DNA of 58,992 bases, filler included. It is 7 parts of 7 records of this genome, joined end to end, with 100 filler letters (N's around TTAATTAATTAA, not from the genome) between each part and the next. Parts side by side here need not be neighbours in the genome. Positions count along the whole stretch, not along the records: positions 37,766 to 48,227 come from SRR31147125_27311; positions 48,328 to 53,482 come from SRR31147125_27329; positions 53,583 to 58,992 come from SRR31147125_27367; 4 more parts are not named here. One strand, given 5' to 3'. A program made the position numbers and the translations under genes. The notes beneath the pieces were generated by a model that did not search any database, was not told where the DNA came from, and was given only the letters and a program-made list of their open reading frames with translations. Within the stretch, counting starts at the first letter, position 1. Every line of letters begins with the position of its first letter. Shown one piece after another: positions 43,717 through 54,648 of the stretch.

Positions 43717-46715
43717 TCAATCCAGAGAGATTCGCAGACCAATCCAGATATCTCGTGGCTGATTATAAAGGCACCAGTACATACCCTGATCCATATAACC
43801 TTCGATGCGTTCATTACCTTCATATGTACCAGGATCAACACCTTCCTCGGCAACCATATCCAGATAGACATTACGATTCAGTGTAGAAAGTCCACCTGTT
43901 CTCCATCCCAATCCCGATTCCGGGTGCAAAAACTTGGAATTGAGGGCATTTTGAACCTGAACATAGGCGATGGCAAAGATACCACCCGGTAAAGTGAATC
44001 CTTTGTTAATCTCAAGATCGAGATTGTATGTGGCTTTCCACTGGACATTGTTATCCTCAAGACCCGGATAGTTATCAGAATGATAGGTGAGCCAGGCACC
44101 GGATTGCCAGGTAAAGTATGTCGAGAGCGTTGCCTCTGACATTATTTTACCGAATATGGAAGAGCCTTCGTATCGTGGATATGAGAAACGAATATTACTC
44201 TTTAAAGTGGGACGTGCTTTTGCTTCACTGATGTTGGCACTGACGCGTACATCCTGCGCATTTGGATCCTGATTAATCGTTGAATAACCATAACGTCCGC
44301 CGGAAGACAGCATATAATTATAATTGATGAATCCGTTTACATAACGATTATAAGGAAAGTCCAGCGTCAGTTCAATACCGCGAATATCCTGATAGCCACT
44401 GTTTTCCGGTCGACTATAACGAATTGTTCCATACGTAGGATCATTTCCACTATAGGTAACATCCGCAATGTTTCGGGAGACATCTCGATAATACCCACTT
44501 AACGTGACTGCTGCCAGACCGGCGACATTTTGCTCGTATCCCAGTTCATAAGCAATGGTTTTGCGGAACAGTAAATCAGAGTTACTCAAGGCCGTACTTC
44601 GATTACGTCTTCTCTGGAAATTGTGGCTTATTTGATAAACCTCAGGTCGTTGGTAGAAATAACCATAATTGAAATAGATCTTGCTGTTCTCGCTGATGGG
44701 GTGAGCGATACCCAAACGGGGGCTTAATTCAAACTTGGCTTCCGGTTCCACGTTTGGAGCAGTATATAAACTATCATAATTCAATGCTTTTGTATAATAC
44801 CTGGAAAAACGATCTGTGAACAGGGGTTCATCTGTTTTAAAGTAATCACCACGAAGACCCACGTTCATGACCATTCCTTCAAACTCGATCTTGTCCTGAA
44901 TATAGAATTCACCTTCATAAAAAGTGAACTCACGATCAACCCACCGTAAAAATCTCAGATCAGGATTACCACGCCATAAATCGATACCATAATTAAGGTC
45001 CTGGTTACTTGAAATTAAACCTGCTCCGACCTTAATCTCGTTCGAATGATTAATTTGATTTGTATAATCAACATCAAAGGTAAAGGTTTTATAGGTGCTG
45101 TTATCACGTCGACCATTATCTTCAGCTAATCTGCCAACGCCCAAGAGATCCGAGGTTGGGACTCCATAGAAACCATTGGGCATTTCATTTAATTCGATAT
45201 CGCCAACAGTATTTACAACCTCATCCAGTCTTGCCAAATCTCCGGGAGCAGCAAGAGAGTGAGTATTATCATAATGGGCTTTAATCTCATAGAAGGAAGC
45301 CTGGTTTAATACATGGGTAAAACCAAGTCCGAAATCCGATTGATAAATACTTGTTTTTTTGTAAATGGAATCGAAGGCATACATGGAATAAGGATCCACA
45401 GAATTACAGGAAATCTGCTGTTGGGTGTACACATGACCATTTAACCATGTTCTTGGATCAGGCATATCATTCCTTGTTCCTGCACTACTGAGGCAACCGT
45501 GTGAAACGCCATATTGTTCATTGTAGTTACCATTTAAACGAAGAGTCATATTGGAAGAAAACTGATGATTCAATTTTAATCCACCTTTAAAATCAAGGGA
45601 ATTTGGACGAGAAAATGGTTTGTAATAATAGGTATTGTCATAATATCCATTTATGACAAATTTTGTTTTTTCTTTTGAAAATGGTACCGGACCAGAAAAT
45701 GATCCTTCAATATAAGAATCCGGTTTATCACCATATTCATAATTCGGATGTTGATATTGCCACACTGCTAATGCATCTTCAGGGGTGGTGATAATCTGTT
45801 CGCCGATTCCCGGTGTATTGAACTTGAACTCACCATTATTGTCTTCCAGCACCTGGTTCCAGCCAATAAAATCCTCAACACCATCACTATTTCGATCTCC
45901 AGTAGATTCCATTGACAAATATCTGCCAACCCACCAGTAATTATCCGGGCTAAAAACCTTTGGGCCAAAATGTTTTTTCGCAGCTGGACTGAATCGAGTA
46001 TCGATGCTAAAGTTATAAGAATTTCCACCTTCTTTTGTCGTCATATTGATAACACCGGAACGAACGCGACCATATTCCGCGTTGAATCCACCTTTTAATA
46101 CCTGGATCTCTTGTATGGACGTTTGCGGCACATTAACCCTGGCATAACCGTTACGAGTATCATTATTTGAAAAACCATCCAGATAAACGCCTACTTCATC
46201 TATAGAGCCTCCGCGCATGGTCAGAAATCCAAAAACATCGCGACTGACACCAGCAGAAACAGCCATCACTTCGCGAAGATCAGGACTTGTAGGCAGCATT
46301 TGTACATCATCGCCGCTCATGGCCTGCTGGGAATTGGAAACATCTGATTTTATTTTGGGGTTTGAGCGACAACAACAACTTCTTCACCCGCAATTGTCGT
46401 CATTTTTAATTCAAAGTTGGTTGTTGTGGTGCGGTCAATGGCCACACGAACATTGGTTCGTGTAAGAGGTGCGTACCCCATGAGGGACGCTTTAAGTTGA
46501 TACTGGGCAGGTGGAACATTGAGAATAAAATATTTACCCTCGATATCCGTAGCAGCTCCCATTGTTGTACCGGTTATTGTAACGTTAACACCCGGGAGCC
46601 CCTCTCCTGTTTCTGCATCAACAATTTTGCCAGCAATTTTCCCCGTCGTGGCAGAGAATAAAAATACGGGAATCATCAAGAGGCAAAAAATCAATGTTGT
46701 AATTCTAACTTTCAT
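43717..46715 (-). CDS. TonB-dependent receptor with N-terminal carboxypeptidase-regulatory-like domain, frameshift near 46353-46363
   Basis: TGKIAGKIVDAETGEGLPGVNV; plug MRGG, IQEIQVLKGGFNAEYG..SGVIN; barrel YIQDKIEF, SPRLGIAHPIS, YELGYEQ, PRDIWIGLRISL. Confidence 0.9.
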
Positions 46716-47038
46716 AAACTCCTCCTCGATTAACAAGTAAGTGAATTGAAATGTCTATTCGTCAATATATTTTCGCCTAGGTCATATTTTATTCCTCCTT
46801 TTTTAACTTTAATTAAAAATTAAGGTAAAGCATGTTATATCGATTGAAAATGAATTTTTTATGAAAGAAAATTGTACGTTATATTCATGTGGTTGACTAT
46901 TTTCAAAAAGCGATCACTAAAACCTTTAAGTAAGCTTGTTAAAGAAAGACAAATTTTACTAATAATGCACTGGACAAAAGTATCAAAAAAGGTGGGTAAT
47001 TGTATTTTAATGGATTTTTACAAAAATAGCCGGATAAA

Positions 47039-48227
47039 TTACGCAGATTTTCGGTAATGAGAAGGCAGTTTGCCAAAATGTTTTTGAAAAACTTTACGGA
47101 AATAATGCAAATCCGTAAAACCGACTTCATAGGTTATCTCAGTGACACTGAGATCCGTTTGTTGTAATAACTGAGCCGCTTTTTGCAAGCGGATTTGGCG
47201 GATAAATTTATTGGGCGTTTTCGAGGTTATACCTTTAATTTTGCGGAATAGTTGAACACGACTTACGCCAATTTCCTTTGACAAGATCTCTACATTTAAT
47301 TCAGGATCGGATATATGTTTTTCAACGCTTAACATGGCCTTTGCCATAAATTTCGAATCCAATGATTCGACGTCGTGCTCGGTTGGAAAACTCAAAAGAT
47401 GTGCCTGCATCTTATTCTGTAAATCCTGGCGTGTTTCGATCAGGTTCTCGATTCGCGCAACAAGTTCGTTCATGTTGAACGGCTTGGTAATATAATCATC
47501 GGCTCTCATTTTAAGAGCTTTTAATTTCATCGTAGAGGAATGTCTGGCTGTCAAAATAATAATCGGAATGTGACTGGTAATTTCGTTTTCCTTTAGTTCC
47601 TGGCACAGCGACAAGCCATCGCGTTTTGGCATTTTCAGGTCGCAGATGATCACGTCCGGCACCATCTCCAGTGCCATGTCGATCCCTTTTTGTCCATTTT
47701 CCGCTGTTTTGACATGATAATTATTTTCAAGTTCTGATTTAATATATAAACGCATATCTGCGTCATCTTCAACAACTAAAATCAGGCATTGATGCTGATT
47801 TTCTAATAAATCCTCTGTTTTTACTTCCCCTCTCTCTTCTGTTATATGATGTGTCGTGGCTGCTTCCCTCAGAGGTTGAAGTGGAAGTCGAACCATAAAC
47901 CTGGAACCGTATCCCTCCGTACTTTCAACACGAATTGTGCCTTTGTGTAACTCGACAATTTCCTTTACAAGGGCCAGCCCAATTCCGGAGCTGTTTCTTT
48001 TTTCCAACTGGTTATTTTTTGCCTGAAAATAGCGTTCGAAAATATGAGGCTGAATATTTTTAGAGATACCCACGCCAGAATCTTTAACAATAATTTCAAG
48101 CGAATCAGAACTCACCTGATTATTATTCACAGGAGAAAGAGTGTATTGATGATTTACAGTCACTGAAATAAAACCATCATTCGGGGTGAACTTGAAGGCA
48201 TTGGAAAGAAGATTAAACAGAATTTTT
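47039..48227 (-). CDS. Hybrid two-component regulator C-terminus (HATPase, REC, AraC HTH), 5' truncated
   Basis: NLLSNAFKFT, DSGVGI, SGIGLALVK; VVEDD, DLKMP; SRVQLFRKIK, EVGFTDLHYFRKVF. Confidence 0.93.
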
Positions 48228-48327
48228 NNNNNNNNNNNNNNNNNNNNNNNNNNNNNNNNNNNNNNNNNNNNTTAATTAATTAANNNNNNNNNNNNNNNNN
48301 NNNNNNNNNNNNNNNNNNNNNNNNNNN
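48228..48327. other. Artificial contig-joining linker
   Basis: N44-TTAATTAATTAA-N44. Confidence 0.98.
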
Positions 48328-51107
48328 GAAATTAATTTTGTAAATCAGGTAGGTAAAGAATTAAAAATTAATATTGAAGAATTCGAAGATTTACGATCAT
48401 TCACGTATGGAATGATGGTGCAAATAAAACATAAATCGAACCTCTTGTATATTGATTCCCGCGAGGAAACAACCCACCCGGAAATTAAGCACCTACGCAA
48501 TGAAGGATTAAACGGAGTTATTAAAGTAATTCATATCCCTTCGGTAAACCTGTTAATATTTAGGTATGCGGGTAATTCAGAACTTTTTCTTAATGGCTTG
48601 AATATTAAATCGCATCGCTCATATGTTTGGTCTGTTGGCTCAGTTATAAAAAGTTCTAAAGTAGGTTCGTTTTACTATACGCATGTCGCCGGTAAATTTA
48701 TTCAATCGCGTGTACAGGCAAAGTTTACATACACAGCAAGAGATATCGAGTTTAAATATCCGAATAGCGATAAGGGGTTGAACGATTTAATTTTACTGAG
48801 GAATCAGGGCGGTTAATCGGAATTATTGGTGGAAGTGGTTCAGGAAAATCTACGCTTTTAAAGGTACTTAATGGTAGCCTCAAACTTAAAAACGGTACTA
48901 TTAAAATTAACGATTTTGATATTTATGAACACAAAGATGAAATAAAAGGACTAATTGGTTATGTCCCGCAAGAAGATTTGCTTATTAAAGAGCTTACTGT
49001 TTATGAAAACTTGTTTTATAACGCAAAGTTATGCCTGGCAGATAAAACAGATGAACAAATTCATAAACTTGTTGAAGAAGCCCTTCTAAGTTTTGATCTT
49101 GAGGAAGCAAGGGATTTACAGGTAGGAGATGAAATTAATACCATTTTAAGTGGTGGCCAGCGTAAACGCTTGAATATTGCCCTGGAATTGATTCGCGAAC
49201 CTGCTGTCTTGTTTGTTGATGAGCCAACATCAGGATTATCATCTGCCGACTCGGAGAAAGTAATGACGATGCTTAAACGCCAGACTTTCCGGGGGCGTAT
49301 GGTAATAACTACCATCCATCAACCATCATCTGATATTTACAAGTTAATAGATAAAATATTAATTGTAGACCAGGGAGGTAGGGTTACGTATTACGGAAAT
49401 CCGTTAGACGCCATCAGTTATTATAAAAAGATCAGTCAGTTCCCGGATGCCGAACAAAGCGAATGCCCCACATGTGGTAATATTAATGCTGAACAAATAC
49501 TTAAAATAGTTGAGGCCCGTGTAGTTGATGTAAACGGTAGGCTTACACGTAAAAGAAAAACAAGCCCGCAGGAATGGTACGATATTTATATCAGGGATAT
49601 TGATAAACCCATAATTAGCCGGATAAAACGCTCATTTACATCCGTTTTACCAGATAGCAAATTTAAACCTCCATCAAAATTTAAGCAGCTAAAGATTTTT
49701 ATTAAGCGTGATATTTTATCTAAATTAGCAAATAAGCAATATTTGCTGTTAACAGCTTTGGAAGCTCCTTTTTTAGCAATAATCCTGGCGTATTTCACAA
49801 AACAATATATTGGCAGTACAGATGAGGTAAAGCAATATATTTTTAGGGAGAATGTGAATATTCCGGTTTATTTATTTATGGGGGTAATCGTTGCCCTGTT
49901 TCTCGGTTTGGTGATATCTGCCGAAGAAATTTTTAAGGACAGGCGAATATTAAAACGTGAGAAATTCCTTGAATTAAGCAGGCTTAGTTACCTTACTTCC
50001 AAAACATCAATCCTGTTTTTCATTTCTGCAATTCAGACCGGCGTGTTTGTTCTTGTTGGGAATTACATCCTGGATTTTAAAGGAATGAACTTCAACTTTT
50101 GGCTCATATTATTTACAACGGCTTGTTGGGCAAATCTTGCAGGACTCAATATATCGGCAGGATTAAATTCCATTGTTACCATTTATATTTTAATACCCAT
50201 GATTCTTGTGCCTCAATTATTATTTAGCGGGGTGGTTGTGGAATATAACAAAATGCACCAATCCATAAATTCCAACAAATACGTACCAATTGTTGGAGAT
50301 ATCATGGTTTCCCGATGGGCATTCGAAGCCATGATGGTAACTCAATTCAAGGATAATCAATTCGAAAAGAATTTTTGGGATGTTGAGAAAAGGATAGATC
50401 AAAACCATTATTACAAGGCATACTATATACCTTATCTTGATGACCTTGTTAATAAAATTGAAATGAACCTCGAAGAAAAAACAAATCTTTCCAGTACATT
50501 TCGTCAATTAGATATATTAAATAATGCATTACCCAATTTGTATGATATAATCCAAGACAGGCCTGAATATTTGGAAGATAATCTAACTACTGATTCATTT
50601 AATCCAGCAAAAGCAAACCAGATTAAGAATTTTTTAAGTTATGCCGACAATATTTTTCATCAAAGGTACATAGCTGCATTAAAGCAGAAAGAAAACCTGT
50701 ATGATAAATGGGTAGAAGAATCTGGTGGGAAAGAAGCGGTTACAGAAAAAATTCAGAGTTATACAAATAAACGCGTTGAATTATTAGTGACAAATCAACT
50801 TGAAGATGAGCAATTTGTTATAGAGAAAAATAAAATTATTCGTACAAAATCTTCAATCTTTAGATATCCGGAATCAAAATGGGGTAGGGCGCATTTTTTT
50901 GCACCTGCAAAAAGAATCAGTAATTATTATATTGATACGTTGTATTTTAATATAATTTTTGTTTGGTTAACTACAGGATTATTATTTCTGATGTTGTATC
51001 TCGATTTATTAAGGAAAGTCATTTCTTATTTCGAAACATTAAGGCTAAACAGGTTTAATAAAAAGATATTGCTTGTGTTAAAGCAATACGATGCAAAAAA
51101 CAAATAG
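48328..51107 (+). CDS. ABCG/White-type fused ABC transporter (N-terminal extension, NBD, then membrane domain), 5' truncated, frameshift near 48781
   Basis: Walker A GGSGSGKST in the shifted frame; GYVPQEDLL, LSGGQRKR, LFVDEPTSGL, TIHQPS; TMD motifs EEIFKDRRILKRE, PQLLFSG, SRWAFEA. Confidence 0.88.
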
Positions 51108-51109
51108 AT

Positions 51110-51184
51110 AACCGGAAACCGAAGACCGGAAACCGGAAATGTTTGAATGCATTTCTTTCGGTTTACGTTCCCCGCTCTCCAGCT
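51110..51184. repeat. Heptamer tandem repeats arranged as an imperfect inverted array between convergent genes
   Basis: AACCGGA AACCGAA GACCGGA AACCGGA, followed by degenerate reverse units TTCGGTT TACGTTC CCCGCTC TCCAGCT. Confidence 0.55.
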
Positions 51185-51192
51185 TTTTTTGT

Positions 51193-52506
<1,314 letters not shown>

Positions 52507-52570
52507 TTATGATTAAAAAATGATGTAAAATTCTGAGGGAAATCTTCTGTTAGGAAGAGGTATGGTATAA

Positions 52571-52657
52571 CTAACAGCAACACATGGAAGAGAAGAATTT
52601 CTCTATCCTTAACATATACAATCTAAAAATGATTGGAAGTAAATATGCCTTTAACAT
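52571..52657 (-). promoter_or_regulatory. Putative leader peptide/attenuator MLKAYLLPIIFRLYMLRIEKFFSSMCCC upstream of metY
   Basis: 28-codon ORF ending ATG TGT TGC TGT TAG, 76 nt before the metY start, with overlapping alternative stems. Confidence 0.6.
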
Positions 52658-52816
52658 GTGTCGAATTTTTATTTAGATTATTTAAAAACAAAGTAAATTA
52701 TTTTATTTCTGTCATGCAAGATTTATGTGATAAAAATCACATAATTTCAATAATTGAATAAAAAAAGTTTGTTGATTGGTGAGGAAGTAATAAATTTAGT
52801 AGTAAAAGTAATTCAT

Positions 52817-53224
52817 ATGTCAATAATAAAGTGGTCTGATGATTATTCAGTTGGAGTTAAACAGATTGACGACCAACACAAAGAGCTGGTAGATTTGATA
52901 AACCGTTTATTTGATGCCATGTCTCTTGGAAAGGGCAGGGATGTGCTGGAAAGTGTATTTGATCAACTTAGAAAATATACACACGTACATTTTCAGTCTG
53001 AAGAAAGGTTAATGGTAATATATGGTTATTCAAAATATGATGAACATAAAAAAGAACACGAATCCCTTATTAACCAGATAGCTGAACTGAAAGATAAGTT
53101 TAAAGCAGGGGATCGTAAAATAACCTTAGAAGTTGTAGATTTTTTAAAAGATTGGTTATTGAACCATATTCAAAAGGAAGATCAACAATACAAAAGCCAC
53201 TTTGCAGAGCGGGGACTTTCCTAA
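52817..53224 (+). CDS. Bacteriohemerythrin
   Basis: WSDDYSVGVKQIDDQHKEL, HFQSEE, HKKEH, HIQKED. Confidence 0.93.
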   Translation: MSIIKWSDDYSVGVKQIDDQHKELVDLINRLFDAMSLGKGRDVLESVFDQLRKYTHVHFQSEERLMVIYGYSKYDEHKKEHESLINQIAELKDKFKAGDRKITLEVVDFLKDWLLNHIQKEDQQYKSHFAERGLS

Positions 53225-53482
53225 TTAATTCAACAATACTTTTTTAATCCCAACAGCAGGCGTTCCGTCTTTTGATATTCCTTCTATTTGTATATTTATT
53301 GGGATTTCAAGTTCAGGGATGTCGAAAGTTAATTTCGATTCGCCATTTGTGCCTGTTTCATAATTTGACCCCCAAAATATTGTAGGACTTTGGTTTTTAA
53401 ATTCTTCGAGCGATGTCATATCGCTATATTTTGGTTTATAGAAATCCCGCGAGGTGTAGTACCCAAGCATTTCAAAATCAAG
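53225..53482 (-). CDS. C-terminal fragment of a large Bacteroidota outer-membrane/MG2-plug-type protein
   Basis: GYYTSRDFYKPKY, TIFW, IEGISKDG; open to the contig edge. Confidence 0.55.
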   Translation of the reverse strand, partial: LDFEMLGYYTSRDFYKPKYSDMTSLEEFKNQSPTIFWGSNYETGTNGESKLTFDIPELEIPINIQIEGISKDGTPAVGIKKVLLN

Positions 53483-53582
53483 NNNNNNNNNNNNNNNNNN
53501 NNNNNNNNNNNNNNNNNNNNNNNNNNTTAATTAATTAANNNNNNNNNNNNNNNNNNNNNNNNNNNNNNNNNNNNNNNNNNNN
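53483..53582. other. Artificial contig-joining linker
   Basis: N44-TTAATTAATTAA-N44. Confidence 0.98.
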
Positions 53583-53764
53583 AAAAAGTCCAAACCAAAT
53601 ACCACGAGACCACAGAAAATTACATCCCAATTGTTTCTCTTTCTGGCATTTCCTATTTCCTTCGTATAAATGTAAAATACGATTGCTAATAGGGGGATTA
53701 CATACCACTTAAGCGTCGTAAGATCTCTTAGTCCGATTAATGCTTGCTTTGTTGCCTCAGTCAT
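53583..53764 (-). CDS. Hypothetical membrane protein, 3' truncated
   Basis: AAGGAG RBS; MTEATKQALIGLRD..WYVIPLLAIVFYIY with hydrophobic segments. Confidence 0.7.
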
Positions 53765-53801
53765 AATTTTTCTCCTTTTCTTTAATAAATATTATTTTTA
53801 T

Positions 53802-54377
53802 TTACTTTAACAGCAAACCATGTTTCAATAAGTCAATAGCATCATTAACTAGCTTTTCAGAAGTATATTTGTCTTTTTTGGAATATAGTTTTATTAAGAA
53901 CATCATATAAGTTGAGAAAAGATATTCAGCTACATTGTCTGTATCTACTTGCCGAAATTCACCATTTGTTTTGCCTTCGTTTATAATATCTTTTACCAAT
54001 TGCTGAGCTTTTAAATTTATATCTATAAATCTATCATTATCATGGTTAGTAACAAAAATATCTGGATCGTTTTCTACTAAATCTTTTAATATCTCATTAT
54101 CATGAATATATTCAAATGATTTTATGCACATAGCTTCAAATTTATCTATGGCATCATGCTGCTTCTTAACTACATTTTCTACTTTTTCTCGCCATTTCAG
54201 CAACTGATAGGAAACACTTTTTTTATATAAATCTTCTTTATTATCAAAATACAGATACAAATTACTTTTAGTCATACCTAATTTATCGCCGATATCCTGC
54301 ATTGTGGTTTTTTTATAACCAAACTTTGAAAATATTTCCGATGAAATATTTAATATGTCAGTTGCTTTATCATTCAT
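53802..54377 (-). CDS. TetR/AcrR-family regulator
   Basis: FSKFGYKKTTMQDIGDKLGMTKSNLYLYFDNKEDL. Confidence 0.93.
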   Translation of the reverse strand: MNDKATDILNISSEIFSKFGYKKTTMQDIGDKLGMTKSNLYLYFDNKEDLYKKSVSYQLLKWREKVENVVKKQHDAIDKFEAMCIKSFEYIHDNEILKDLVENDPDIFVTNHDNDRFIDINLKAQQLVKDIINEGKTNGEFRQVDTDNVAEYLFSTYMMFLIKLYSKKDKYTSEKLVNDAIDLLKHGLLLK

Positions 54378-54648
54378 ATAATTTCCTTAATAATATATTT
54401 CTAACTCTATCCGTCACTTGGAGATTTTAATGAATATTTTAACGTTTTGTTCATATATTCATATTTTATCACTATGGGTTTCTAGTTTCAAGTATTTAAA
54501 TTAAAATAAAGGTATTCTTATATAGGGAATTCTAATGAGGATTTCCCAATAATAAAATGTAGATTAGATTGTATATCAGAGTATTCAAGGAATATAATTT
54601 AAGCGTTACTATTTTCGTAATATTCAATATTGCTATTAAATATATAAA

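Noticed and set aside
57-48816. Programmed frameshifting, phase variation or mass pseudogenisation explaining the split genes
   Set aside because: Breaks are single-base, mostly in 4-7 nt homopolymers, occur in six of the seven contigs and hit essential genes with no other decay; sequencing error is simpler
52817-53224. Hemerythrin as the oxygen sensor of the stressosome
   Set aside because: It lies on a different contig, with no evidence that it comes from the same genome
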